Source of the DNA: Turneriella sp.
Lineage (GTDB): Bacteria > Spirochaetota > Leptospiria > Turneriellales > Turneriellaceae
DNA: 64,000 nucleotides
Direction of reading: 5' to 3'
Assembly (NCBI GenBank): GCA_965279515.1
Contig: CBDIID010000003.1
Span: forward strand, 1,472,001 to 1,536,000
In this document: positions 40,546 through 49,905 of the stretch, in pieces
Layout of the letters: every line of letters starts with the position of its first letter
Numbering within the stretch: the first letter of the stretch is position 1
Program-made: the position numbers and the translations under genes
Notes under the pieces: generated by a model
What the model saw: the letters and a program-made list of their open reading frames with translations, nothing else
Database searches by the model: none
What the model was told of the DNA's origin: nothing

Positions 40546-40938
40546 ATGAAAAGATTAATTATATTCTCGCTCTTCTGTGTCCTGCCGGTTTTTACCGCTC
40601 CCAAAACTGAATTATTCCGTGGGAAAATTCTTTCGGTCGAAGACGACTATTGCAGCAAATCGGCAGATTATGTTCTGCAGGCAGCACTCGCTTCAGAAAA
40701 ACAGGGCACTTTAATGCTGGCCTTGGCGCCCAAATGGTATCTGCATACGCGCAAGATTGAGATCCGCATAGGCGCCGACGCCGAAGTGCGGGCATTCAGG
40801 CACAGCGACGGCGTCTACCATGTCATCAACATCAAGCTGGGCAACAAGGTCTATGTTCTACGTGATAAGGAAGGCCAGCCCGTTTGGAAAGCGGAACCGG
40901 GCAGTGAAGATTTATCCAAAACGATCTGTAAGAACTGA
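40546..40938 (+). CDS. Exported hypothetical protein (possible OB fold)
   Basis: Signal peptide; LAPKWYL, LRDKEGQPVW. Confidence 0.6.
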   Translation: MKRLIIFSLFCVLPVFTAPKTELFRGKILSVEDDYCSKSADYVLQAALASEKQGTLMLALAPKWYLHTRKIEIRIGADAEVRAFRHSDGVYHVINIKLGNKVYVLRDKEGQPVWKAEPGSEDLSKTICKN

Positions 40939-40998
40939 AGTCGCATCGCGGTTTTCATTGACCGCCTGTATAAAAATCAGGATTTTTCTCAGGTTAAA

Positions 40999-41072
40999 GC
41001 GGCTGTAGCTCATTTGGATAGAGTATTTGGCTTCGAACCAAAGGGTAGCAAGTTCGAATCTTGCCAGCCGCA
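40999..41072 (+). tRNA. tRNA-Arg (anticodon TCG)
   Basis: GCGGCTG/CAGCCGC acceptor, TTTGG-CT-TCG-AA-CCAAA, GCAAG-TTCGAAT-CTTGC; CCA not encoded. Confidence 0.95.
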
Positions 41073-41092
41073 AAAAAAAAATCGGCTACCGA

Positions 41093-41250
41093 GCGGCTGT
41101 AGCACCGAAACGGAGATCGCAAAGCGATCACATTTGGATAGAGCATTTGGCTTCGAACCAAAGGGTAGCAAGTTCGAATCTAATGCGCACGGAGGCGCTA
41201 TAGCTGGCGCCTGGCAGGAGGCCATCTTTGGCGCCAGCTTGCCAGCCGCA
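41093..41250 (+). other. Second tRNA-Arg(TCG) copy interrupted by two hairpin-rich inserts
   Basis: Matches 40999-41072 apart from inserts at 41104-41130 and 41182-41239 and one substitution (GAGT to GAGC). Confidence 0.85.
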
Positions 41251-41385
41251 CACGAGGTGCGTAGGCACGCTGCTGACATGGATGTCATCTACGCAGCGAG
41301 CCAGCCGCACACGATGACATAATTTTGCCAATCGGCGGCAAAAAATATATCTTATCGAAATTAAGACTTAGTATAAGGAGTTCAA

Positions 41386-41976
41386 ATGATCAAAATTGGA
41401 AACAAAGCCCCCGACTTCAAAGCCACAGCGCTCGTCGGCAAAGATTTTAAGGATGTCTCGCTCGCAGACTATAAAGGCAAGTACGTCGTACTGTTCTTTT
41501 ACCCGCTCGACTTCACGTTCGTCTGCCCTACCGAAATTATCGCATTCTCGGACAAGGCCGCCGAATTCGAAAAACTCGGTGCGCAGGTCATCGGTTGCAG
41601 CGTCGACAGCAAGTTCAGCCACCTGGCATGGACAGAGATTCCCCGCGACAAAGGCGGCATCGGTGACATCAAGTACCCGATTCTCGCAGACATCACGAAA
41701 GATATCGCACGCAGCTATAACGTGCTGATCGAAGAAGCGGGCATTGCGCTGCGCGGTGTGTTCATCATCGACGGCAAAGGCGTGCTGAAATCGGCGACTG
41801 TGAACAACAACAACGTCGGCCGTAACATCGAAGAAGTGCTGCGTACGGTTCAGGCAGACCAGTTTGCCGAATCGCACCCCGGCGAAGTCTGCCCCGCCAA
41901 CTGGACACCCGGCAAAGATTCGATGAAAGCCGATACCAAAGGCTCAAAAGAGTATTTCGCGAAAGCAGGCAAGTAA
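41386..41976 (+). CDS. ahpC: 2-Cys peroxiredoxin
   Basis: [22 protein letters not shown]. Confidence 0.96.
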   Translation: MIKIGNKAPDFKATALVGKDFKDVSLADYKGKYVVLFFYPLDFTFVCPTEIIAFSDKAAEFEKLGAQVIGCSVDSKFSHLAWTEIPRDKGGIGDIKYPILADITKDIARSYNVLIEEAGIALRGVFIIDGKGVLKSATVNNNNVGRNIEEVLRTVQADQFAESHPGEVCPANWTPGKDSMKADTKGSKEYFAKAGK

Positions 41977-42010
41977 GCCAAGGGCCACCTTCGGCTAAAA
42001 CTTTCAAATG

Positions 42011-42038
42011 ATCGCGCCTATGGCGCGATTTTTTTTTT
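42011..42038 (+). terminator. Intrinsic terminator after ahpC
   Basis: ATCGCGCC-TAT-GGCGCGAT followed by a T run. Confidence 0.85.
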
Positions 42039-42051
42039 AGGCTTATAAAAT

Positions 42052-43323
42052 ATGTTCACTTACGTACAAGATGCATTGGAATGGCGCGGCAAAGATCTCG
42101 GCCCCGTCATCAGTGGGGCCGCCGATAAACTCGCGCGCGACTACCAGTACACCGGCCCCTTCTGGCTCTACCAGGAAAAGATTCTCAGCGAACGGCTGGC
42201 CCTGCTCGAAAAACAGCTACCGGGCTGCGGTTTTTATTATTCTGTCAAATCACAGTCGAACCTCGGCATTTTGACTCGAATCGCCGAACACAAGAGTTTT
42301 GGCGCCGACGTCGTTTCGGGCGGCGAACTCTACCGTGCGCTCAAGGCCGGTTTCCTGCCCGGTAAAATCGTCTTTGCCGGCGTCGGCAAAACCGAAGCCG
42401 AAATCGCCGCGGCGCTCGACCTCAAGATCCGCAGCCTGCATGTGGAGAGCATCTCTGAACTCAAAGACATAGCACGCCTCGCGGCGGAAAAAGGCCTTGT
42501 CGGTGCGGTAACGCTGCGCCTCAACCCCGACGTCGAAGTCGATACGCACCGCCATATTACCACCGGCAAAGAAGAAAATAAGTTTGGTCTGAGCGAAAGT
42601 GACTTCCAGGAATCACTAAAAATGATCAAGGGCTCAAAAAGCCTGAAACTCGTGGGCTTACAGGCACACATCGGCTCGCAGATTTTCGACGCGGCACCGT
42701 ACATCGAAACCGCGACTTTCCTTTCGGAAAAATACGGCGTTGTTAAGGCGGCGCTCGACTATCCGCTCGAATACATTTCGCTGGGTGGCGGTTTTGGCGT
42801 GAAATACGAAGATCTCGAAGGCGACGCAGTCAACTTTGACTTCGCGGGCCTGGTCGATGCGATTCGGAAAATATTCGGCGGGAAAATTGAGATCCATTTT
42901 GAACCCGGTCGTTTTATTTCTGCGCCGCTGGGCATCCTTGCCACGCGTGTGCGCCATCTGAAAGAACGGAGCGACAAAACCATCGCAATCATTGACGCGG
43001 CGATGAACGACCTCATTCGCCCGATGCTCTACGAGGCCTACCACCCCATTCTGCCGGTGAGCCGCCGCGCAGGACAGCACACCTACGACGTTGTCGGGCC
43101 CGTCTGCGAATCGACGGATACATTTGCCACCAAGCGCCGCCTGCCGACGCTCGAAGAAAAAGACTGGCTCGTGATCGGTTATGCCGGCGCCTATGGCTCG
43201 TGCATGAGCTCGAACTTCAACACCCGGCCACTAATTCCGGAGCTCTTGCTGGCTGAGAACGGCGAATTGCAGATGCTGCGCAGGCCCCAGACGCTCGAGC
43301 AAATGCTGGTAAACGAGTTATAA
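42052..43323 (+). CDS. lysA: Diaminopimelate decarboxylase
   Basis: YSVK, DVVSGGEL, HIGSQ, EPGRF, VGPVCESTD, GAYG. Confidence 0.93.
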   Translation: MFTYVQDALEWRGKDLGPVISGAADKLARDYQYTGPFWLYQEKILSERLALLEKQLPGCGFYYSVKSQSNLGILTRIAEHKSFGADVVSGGELYRALKAGFLPGKIVFAGVGKTEAEIAAALDLKIRSLHVESISELKDIARLAAEKGLVGAVTLRLNPDVEVDTHRHITTGKEENKFGLSESDFQESLKMIKGSKSLKLVGLQAHIGSQIFDAAPYIETATFLSEKYGVVKAALDYPLEYISLGGGFGVKYEDLEGDAVNFDFAGLVDAIRKIFGGKIEIHFEPGRFISAPLGILATRVRHLKERSDKTIAIIDAAMNDLIRPMLYEAYHPILPVSRRAGQHTYDVVGPVCESTDTFATKRRLPTLEEKDWLVIGYAGAYGSCMSSNFNTRPLIPELLLAENGELQMLRRPQTLEQMLVNEL

Positions 43324-43389
43324 ACAAATCCTGTCCCCAGCGTCGTCCGGAAAAAATTGACAAGCAAATATCTGTTGAGATTCTTACCG

Positions 43390-44046
43390 ATGCGATACTT
43401 ATTTTTTATACTCACGCTGGCCACAGGCCTCGTTGCTTCGGATCTCTCCGGAACTGATCTCAAATTATCTTTGATACATACCGGGCCTAAGTCCGGCATC
43501 ATCGGCGAACGGTCGTACGAGATAACTTTCGACGAACAGCAATACCACATGAGGCTTCTGGGACCAGGCGGCCCTTCGTGCAGTGCCCCCTACCAGATTG
43601 AAGGAAAAAAAATTAAGCTGGAAGGCAGTACCGATTTCTGTAAAAAGCAGGTCTGTACAATCGTTTCTAATCTGACTTCTGTTGAAGGCAGCCAGGGGCT
43701 GCAATGTGGCAAAACCATTTTTTACACCGAAGCCGACCGGCCGGAAAAAGGCGCAGCCGTAAAAGTAAACGGTGTCCCGGCTGTAGCGATGGGCTATGTG
43801 GCCGGCTCAACCACGACAAAGGTGGTGATCCGCAGCGGGCCTTCAAAATCCAGCAAACCTGTTGTTTGTAATGGCAAGGTGCCGGACACTTTGAATTTAA
43901 TGGTCCTCGCCCGCACGGCAGACAAAATGAAAGTCGATAGTTGGAACAACTATTGGTATTACGTTTTTATTCACGGTGACGAAAACAGTTTTGATTGCGG
44001 CATTAAACCGCAATGGATCTTCGGCGAATTTGTCAAGGTGCAATAG
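43390..44046 (+). CDS. Exported Cys-containing protein with C-terminal SH3-like domain
   Basis: Signal peptide; IRSGPS, NYWYYV, WIFGEFV. Confidence 0.65.
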   Translation: MRYLFFILTLATGLVASDLSGTDLKLSLIHTGPKSGIIGERSYEITFDEQQYHMRLLGPGGPSCSAPYQIEGKKIKLEGSTDFCKKQVCTIVSNLTSVEGSQGLQCGKTIFYTEADRPEKGAAVKVNGVPAVAMGYVAGSTTTKVVIRSGPSKSSKPVVCNGKVPDTLNLMVLARTADKMKVDSWNNYWYYVFIHGDENSFDCGIKPQWIFGEFVKVQ

Positions 44047-44506
44047 CCGCGATCACGTAGTGGTATTTTGCCTGCGCGGCACGCTTGCCGTCGGGCAAAA
44101 AGAAATCACAGACAAAAAATAGATTCTTACCCTCGCGGCGCTTCAGCACGGCCTTTGCCCTCAGGGTCTCACGGTTTACGGCTCTTAAGTAGCGAATGGA
44201 AGCGTTTACCGTCACCATGCGTTCGTTTGCTTTCTCGATAAAAAACAGGCACATCATGGCCGTAATCGTATCGCCCACGGTAAAATAAGCGCCACCATGC
44301 AGTAAGCCGTGCAGCGCGCGGTTCGACATGGCAAAGGGAATCGAGGCCTCTGAAAGCTCGCCGCTCAGCGTCTCGAGCTTCATCTTTGTTGTGCCTGGGT
44401 GGCACTGCTCGATCAGGTGTTGTACCTGACTGACAAAATCGCCGTCGCGGCGGATATCAAACAGGTCTTTCGGAATGATGTCGAAAATCAGGTCTGCATT
44501 GTGCAT
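44033..44506 (-). CDS. PaaI family thioesterase
   Basis: HGLLHGG..GD, IRYLRAV; start 44506 or 44512. Confidence 0.85.
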   Translation of the reverse strand: MHNADLIFDIIPKDLFDIRRDGDFVSQVQHLIEQCHPGTTKMKLETLSGELSEASIPFAMSNRALHGLLHGGAYFTVGDTITAMMCLFFIEKANERMVTVNASIRYLRAVNRETLRAKAVLKRREGKNLFFVCDFFLPDGKRAAQAKYHYVIAAIAP

Positions 44507-44560
44507 ATACACAATATATAATAAACGGGGTTTTCCGGCCGAAAAATGGGGTCCTTAGGT

Positions 44561-45145
44561 CTATTTGGCCAGCAGGGCATGCACCCGCTTTCTCATGCGC
44601 GGCACCATATCTTTTTCAAACCACGGGTTTTGTTTCAGCCAGAGTTTGTTGCGTGGCGAGGGATGCACCAACGGCAGGTAGACTGCGGCATTTAAATCGG
44701 CCTGCAGCACGAGATCGCGCACCGCCAGCTTTGCAAGGTGAGGCAAATAATACCGCACCGCATACGAACCGATAAGCAAAGTCAGCCTGAGGTTCGGCAA
44801 CAGCGAGCGCACCTTGGCATGCCAGATCGGTGCGCACTCGGGCCGCGGCGGCAAGTCGCCCGACTTGCCTTTACCGGGGTAACAGAAGCCCATTCCCATG
44901 ATGGCAAACTTCTCGCCGTCATAAAAGGTATCCCGGTCGACACCGAGCCAGTCACGCAACCGGTCGCCGCTCACATCGTTCCAGGGAATGCCCGTGGCAT
45001 GCACCTTTGTGCCCGGCGCCTGGCTGATCAGCAGAATTTGCGCAGTGGGATTTGCCCTGAGCACCGGGTTGGCGCCGAGCGGCAGATGGCGTTCGCAGAC
45101 CGTACAGCTGCGGATATCCGCGAGCAGGGTGTTCAGGGCCTGCAT
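44561..45145 (-). CDS. Uracil-DNA glycosylase family protein
   Basis: C..C, QAPG, WND.SGDRLR.WLG, MGFCYPG, HPSPRN. Confidence 0.9.
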   Translation of the reverse strand: MQALNTLLADIRSCTVCERHLPLGANPVLRANPTAQILLISQAPGTKVHATGIPWNDVSGDRLRDWLGVDRDTFYDGEKFAIMGMGFCYPGKGKSGDLPPRPECAPIWHAKVRSLLPNLRLTLLIGSYAVRYYLPHLAKLAVRDLVLQADLNAAVYLPLVHPSPRNKLWLKQNPWFEKDMVPRMRKRVHALLAK

Positions 45146-45816
45146 CAGCCCTTGTCGAGATATTCCTGGATTTTTTCGATCATTGATGCGGGAATCTTGA
45201 TTTCCTGCTCTTTGAGGCGGGAGACATACTTCTGGAAAGAAAGGCGGTGGCTCGACGAGCGCGTGAATTCCTTGAGCGCTTCGGTTAAATGCTCTTCGAT
45301 GCGTTTAAAGAGTTCCTTGTTACCCGAAAGCGCCTGCTCGTATTTACGGATGGGCAGTTTGTTGACACCGCGGCAGATTGTGCGGTAAAATACAAAACGC
45401 GCGAGAATATCGTCGTCGAAGCCAGGCTCCTTGATGGCGCGCTCAAGCCTCTGCAGATTGATAAAATCGACAATTTCAAGCTTGAAGGGGTTATGGCTGA
45501 TTTCCTTGAGAATCGTGGCGAAAAACAGCGACTCGTAGATGCGCAGCATCGGTGTATTGTCGTAGCGCGCCTCTTCATCGTGACCGCAATCGATGTACAT
45601 GACGATGTCGACATCGGATGCCTCGACCGCCATGCCGAAGTTGGCGGAGCCCAAAAGATCGAAGGAGATATTGGCGCCGGTCTTTTGTATCATGCGCGCC
45701 GCACGCGCCAGTTCGCGCGTACGCAGCATGTTTTCTTTAGTTGTGAAGCCGCGGAAATAGTCCTTGAGTCCCAGGAATTTTTTGAACGTTTCGTTTTCCG
45801 GGAACGGGTTACGCAT
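45145..45816 (-). CDS. Pol-beta-like nucleotidyltransferase fold protein, function unknown
   Basis: LLGSANFGMAVEASDVDIVMY fits hGS..DhD; start MRNPF. Confidence 0.65.
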   Translation of the reverse strand: MRNPFPENETFKKFLGLKDYFRGFTTKENMLRTRELARAARMIQKTGANISFDLLGSANFGMAVEASDVDIVMYIDCGHDEEARYDNTPMLRIYESLFFATILKEISHNPFKLEIVDFINLQRLERAIKEPGFDDDILARFVFYRTICRGVNKLPIRKYEQALSGNKELFKRIEEHLTEALKEFTRSSSHRLSFQKYVSRLKEQEIKIPASMIEKIQEYLDKG

Positions 45817-45817
45817 T

Positions 45818-46828
45818 TTAAAGCAGGAATTTACCCATCGTGTCGTATTCCGCCGTGTTGAGGATTGTTTCAGTGGCTCGCTGTTTTTTATCAATCTTGA
45901 TGTTACAGATATCGACGATGCGGCCACCGATCAGGCGTTTCCATGTCACATCGCGCAGAAATTTCTGTCCATCGGTATCTGGTTGCAGCTGAAACGTACA
46001 AAAGTACCCGCCCGGCTGCTTGCCCTCCATCGCTTCGACGCTGCCGAAATTCGAGGGGTTGAGAAAATAACTTTGCCCGAGTTTCATCAGGCCGAAACTT
46101 TCATGCACATGGCCTGACAGCACAAGCCGCGGCTGCACTTCGTCGACGGCCTGCCTGAGTCCCTGTGAACCGCAGTGTCCGTAACGTGGCAGTTTATCGA
46201 GCGTGCCATACGGTGGATTGTGCAGCACAAAGACATCGGCGCCCTCGCGCAGCATGAAATCCATCGGTTTGCTGACGAGGGAGTTCCCACTGCCCTTCTC
46301 TTCAAATTCGACAGTGAGTTCTTCGGGAATTCCCGGCGTAAAAATGGGCGCGCTGCCATAACCGGCGAATTTTATGCCATTCAGAATTTCAGATTTTTCA
46401 TGGAGACTGTACGGCGCGACGGCCGTGCCCGGCAGCGCAATGTCATAGTTGCCCGGAATAATAAAACATTTCTTTTGCGTCGCGACGATCGCCTTGTTCA
46501 TCGTCTGGTATTTCCGCAAGAGTTCCTGGTGCGCTTCAGCGGCGAGTTTCAGGTATTCTTCGCCTTCGCCGACAGAAAGCACATCGGGGGTTAATCCGTC
46601 TTTCGCCTTCTCTGCAAAATGCAGAGTCGCCTGCATATCGTCGCTTTTACCCGCCAGCACACGGATTTTTTCCTGCAATTCGATAAAACGAAACAGCGCC
46701 TCATCGGTGCCGAAACAATGGTAGGTCAGGTCGCCCGAAAGTATGTAGAGGTCGGCATCGGTGTGGTTGAGCACACTCGATACGCCGGCAAAATTATCGT
46801 GAATATCTGTAAGATAGACGACGATCAT
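45818..46828 (-). CDS. Calcineurin-like metallophosphoesterase
   Basis: TDIHD, SGDL, PGNYD, HNPP, SGHVHE. Confidence 0.88.
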   Translation of the reverse strand: MIVVYLTDIHDNFAGVSSVLNHTDADLYILSGDLTYHCFGTDEALFRFIELQEKIRVLAGKSDDMQATLHFAEKAKDGLTPDVLSVGEGEEYLKLAAEAHQELLRKYQTMNKAIVATQKKCFIIPGNYDIALPGTAVAPYSLHEKSEILNGIKFAGYGSAPIFTPGIPEELTVEFEEKGSGNSLVSKPMDFMLREGADVFVLHNPPYGTLDKLPRYGHCGSQGLRQAVDEVQPRLVLSGHVHESFGLMKLGQSYFLNPSNFGSVEAMEGKQPGGYFCTFQLQPDTDGQKFLRDVTWKRLIGGRIVDICNIKIDKKQRATETILNTAEYDTMGKFLL

Positions 46829-46835
46829 TGCGGCG

Positions 46836-47360
46836 TTACAGCCTCCCCTGGAGCAGTGTACCCATGGCGTATTCGGTATCGGTCTCAGCCGTGTGATCGG
46901 ACGGGCCGCGGCTGCACATACACATGTGACGGCCGGTGGATTTCACGCGTACACCCTTCGCCTTTCCCGAGGTCATGATTTCTTCGGCAATTTCTTTCAC
47001 GAGGTCTTCCTGAATCTGGAAACGGCGCGAGTATGCCTGCACGAGACGGGGAAATTTGCCGAGGCCGATGATGATTTCGCCGGGTTCATAGGTAATGTCG
47101 ATTTTACCGTAAAACGGCAGAAAGTGGTGGGCGCAAATCGAAAAATAGTTAATGTCACGGACGGTCACCGTGCCGGTATACTTTTCACCCTTAGCGATTT
47201 CCCGGGTTGTCTTGAGTAGCTTCGACGGGTCGATGCTGTAGCCTTCGAGCAGCTCTTTATAGGCCTTACGGATACGCGGTTCAGCCTCCGCCTCGTCGAA
47301 CCATTCCAGCGCGCGCTTGTCATCGGTCACATTGGCCGAAAGCCAATCTCTGATCTGCAT
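46836..47360 (-). CDS. folE: GTP cyclohydrolase I type IA (divergent)
   Basis: SICAHHFLPFYG, GLGKFPRLV, RRFQIQE, HMCMCSRG. Confidence 0.8.
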   Translation of the reverse strand: MQIRDWLSANVTDDKRALEWFDEAEAEPRIRKAYKELLEGYSIDPSKLLKTTREIAKGEKYTGTVTVRDINYFSICAHHFLPFYGKIDITYEPGEIIIGLGKFPRLVQAYSRRFQIQEDLVKEIAEEIMTSGKAKGVRVKSTGRHMCMCSRGPSDHTAETDTEYAMGTLLQGRL

Positions 47361-47519
47361 GTGTCGCAATTTCAGCTCAAGACATTGCGGCAACGAATCC
47401 TAAGAGATCAGCCGGCCAGCCATGGTGGCAAATGACGGGCACATATTGATTGACGTCTTGTCAAAAACACCGTTTGCAATTTCCGGTCAGGGCGGTGAAA
47501 ACAGTTCTGAATTCTATCA

Positions 47520-47591
47520 CGGGCTGTAGCGCAGTGGTAGCGCACACGCCTGGGGGGCGTGGGGTCGCTGGTTCAAATCCAGTCAGCCCGA
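47520..47591 (+). tRNA. tRNA-Pro (anticodon GGG)
   Basis: CGGGCTG/CAGCCCG acceptor, CACGC-CT-GGG-GG-GCGTG, GGTTCAAATCC. Confidence 0.95.
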
Positions 47592-47644
47592 AATTGTTCT
47601 TTCTTTATTTGAGGAAACCTCAAATAAAGAAAGAACCAAAGAAA

Positions 47645-49072
47645 ATGGTTGTTAAACTTCAAAACACCTTAAGTAGATTAAAGGAGCCCGTCGAGGGCTC
47701 TTCCCTCAAAATCTACTCCTGTGGACCAACAGTCTATAACTACGCCCACATCGGCAACTTCCGCAGTTATGTCTTTGCAGACGTTTTGAACCGATGCCTC
47801 CGCTTAGCGGGCTACCAGGTGCAACATGCCATGAATCTCACCGATGTCGATGACAAGACCATCAACGGCGCGATCGAACTCACCAAAAAGGAACCCGGCA
47901 AGTACCCGGACCTCAAAGCGGCGCTGGGCGCATACACGCAGCCATATACAGAGGCATTTTTCGCCGACCTGAAAACTCTCAACATCATTCCTTTTGACCT
48001 GCACCCGCGCGCGACCGATTATATTCCCGCCATGCTCGATCTGGTTGAACGCCTCATCAAGGCCGGTATCGCCTATGAACAGGATGGTTCGGTCTATTAC
48101 CGCATCTCAGAGAAAAAAGATTATGGCAAACTCTCGCGCCTCGATCTCGAGAAGAACAAGACCGGCACGCGTTATAATACCGACGAATACGATAAAGACG
48201 ACGTGCGCGATTTTGTACTCTGGAAGGCAGAAGGTAAAGACGGCGTGCACTGGCATTCTGATCACGGCGACGGCCGCCCCGGCTGGCACCTCGAATGCTC
48301 GGCGATGATCCACGAGATTTTTAAGGGGCCGATCGACATCCACACAGGCGGCGTAGACCTTATCTTTCCTCACCACGAAAACGAAATCGCCCAGAGCGAA
48401 GCGGCCTATGGCGGTACTTTCGTCAAACACTGGGTGCATTGCGAACATTTGCTCGTCGACAACCGCAAGATGTCTAAGTCCGCGGGTAATTTTTATACCC
48501 TGCGCGACCTGATAGGCCAGGGCAAGAAACCCGAAGTCATCCGCTACTTTCTGCTCTCCGCGCATTACAGCCAGAAAATTAATTTTACCGCCGAAGTTTT
48601 TGAAATGGCCGAGGCCTCAGTCGAAAAATTTTACTCGCTCATCAACCGTCTGGGTCGTATTCAGCAAAATAAGGCGGATGGCTCTGCATCGCTAAAAACT
48701 TCTTCCGAAGCTGCGCGGCAAAACTTTCTCAGCGAACTTGCGGACGACCTCAATACGCCGCGCGCCCTTGCAGTCGTGCACGAATATATGCGCGAGGCCA
48801 ATGCCTTCCTCGACAGCAGTGGCGAAAGCGTCTCTGCATCTGACCATGCCGTCATTCTCGAAACCCTCCGCCACTTTGACAAACTGCTGGGCCTCATCGA
48901 TCTGATGCCGAAGGCAGGTGCACCTGCCGAACTGCAGGCGCTGCTCGACGAGCGCAACAAGGCGCGCGCAGCAAAAGATTTCAAACGCTCCGACGAGCTG
49001 CGTGACCAGATTCTCAAAGCGGGTTACAAAATTCTCGACACCAAAAGCGGATCTCACCTGGAGAAGGTATGA
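47645..49072 (+). CDS. cysS: Cysteine-tRNA ligase
   Basis: CGPTVY..HIGN, GRPGWHLECS, FPHHENE, KMSKS; the ORF-track extension is the tRNA. Confidence 0.97.
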   Translation: MVVKLQNTLSRLKEPVEGSSLKIYSCGPTVYNYAHIGNFRSYVFADVLNRCLRLAGYQVQHAMNLTDVDDKTINGAIELTKKEPGKYPDLKAALGAYTQPYTEAFFADLKTLNIIPFDLHPRATDYIPAMLDLVERLIKAGIAYEQDGSVYYRISEKKDYGKLSRLDLEKNKTGTRYNTDEYDKDDVRDFVLWKAEGKDGVHWHSDHGDGRPGWHLECSAMIHEIFKGPIDIHTGGVDLIFPHHENEIAQSEAAYGGTFVKHWVHCEHLLVDNRKMSKSAGNFYTLRDLIGQGKKPEVIRYFLLSAHYSQKINFTAEVFEMAEASVEKFYSLINRLGRIQQNKADGSASLKTSSEAARQNFLSELADDLNTPRALAVVHEYMREANAFLDSSGESVSASDHAVILETLRHFDKLLGLIDLMPKAGAPAELQALLDERNKARAAKDFKRSDELRDQILKAGYKILDTKSGSHLEKV

Positions 49073-49860
49073 TTGTCTTCGGCTTCCATGCCGTCAGCGA
49101 TCTGGTAGAAAAATCCGGTTTTCTCGAGGGCGATAAGCTGATCGTTGCGCGTCAGGCCAATGACGGCCACCGCAAAGACGCTACCGGCAGCGGTGGCCAA
49201 AGCGCATCCATGCGCCAAGGCCGTCTGCAGCGAATTCTCGCCAAAGCGGCGAAGGCGCGCGTGCAGGTAATCCAGAAAAATTATGGTGATCTGAATACCA
49301 TAGCCGGCACCAAAAACCACCAGGGTATCGTGCTCGAACGCAGCGCTGAACTCGGGATCAAAAGTTTTACCAAACAGGATTTTGTCGCTGCCACAGGCGG
49401 CATCTACCTAGGTCTCGACGGCGTGCAGGATCCACAGAATTTGGGCGCCATCTGTCGCTCGGCCCTCGCACTGGGAGTGAAAGGTATTTTTCTGCCGCAG
49501 AAGGACAGTGCGCCCGCCGGCGGTACGGCGCTTAAGGCTTCGGCGGGGGCGCTCCTCGAAATGCCGCTATGTTTTACCGGCAGCATTGCATCGCTGATGC
49601 AATTTATCGACGATAAGAATCCTGAAATTCCGATGCTTGCGCTCGACCAGTCGGGCGATCCCTTTACCGAAGACGACACAAAACTCGCCCAAGGGGAGCT
49701 CCCCCTGCTTCTGGTGGTCGGTTCGGAACAGGGAATCAGCCGCCTTGCGCTCGAACGTGCAACAGGCAAACGCCGGTTACGCATCAGCGACAAAGTGGAA
49801 AGTTATAACGTATCGGTGGCAGTTGCCCTCGCGCTCTACGAACTCACGCGCGGCCCATAA
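49069..49860 (+). CDS. rlmB: SpoU/TrmH rRNA methyltransferase (RlmB-like)
   Basis: HQGI, DGVQDPQNLGAICRS, VGSE, ESYNVSVA; follows cysS. Confidence 0.8.
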   Translation: MIVFGFHAVSDLVEKSGFLEGDKLIVARQANDGHRKDATGSGGQSASMRQGRLQRILAKAAKARVQVIQKNYGDLNTIAGTKNHQGIVLERSAELGIKSFTKQDFVAATGGIYLGLDGVQDPQNLGAICRSALALGVKGIFLPQKDSAPAGGTALKASAGALLEMPLCFTGSIASLMQFIDDKNPEIPMLALDQSGDPFTEDDTKLAQGELPLLLVVGSEQGISRLALERATGKRRLRISDKVESYNVSVAVALALYELTRGP

Positions 49861-49883
49861 AAAAGGGGCTTAACGCCCCTTTC
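49859..49883. terminator. Probable bidirectional terminator
   Basis: AAAGGGGC-TTAAC-GCCCCTTT between convergent genes. Confidence 0.75.
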
Positions 49884-49905
49884 AAAAAACGGAGTGCGCT
49901 GCGGC

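Noticed and set aside
41093..41250. Group I or archaeal-type tRNA introns
   Set aside because: The inserts are 27 and 58 nt, far too short for group I, lie outside the anticodon loop, and show no clear bulge-helix-bulge.
40999..41314. CRISPR mini-array or prophage att site at tRNA-Arg
   Set aside because: The repeats are tRNA sequence of unequal length, there are no cas genes, and only tens of bases separate the copies, with no integrase.
41014..41331. ORFs with a repeated FGFEPKGSKFES peptide
   Set aside because: They are translations of the tRNA-Arg gene and its duplicate.
47450..47644. N-terminal extension of CysS in the ORF track
   Set aside because: It reads through tRNA-Pro; the real start is 47645.
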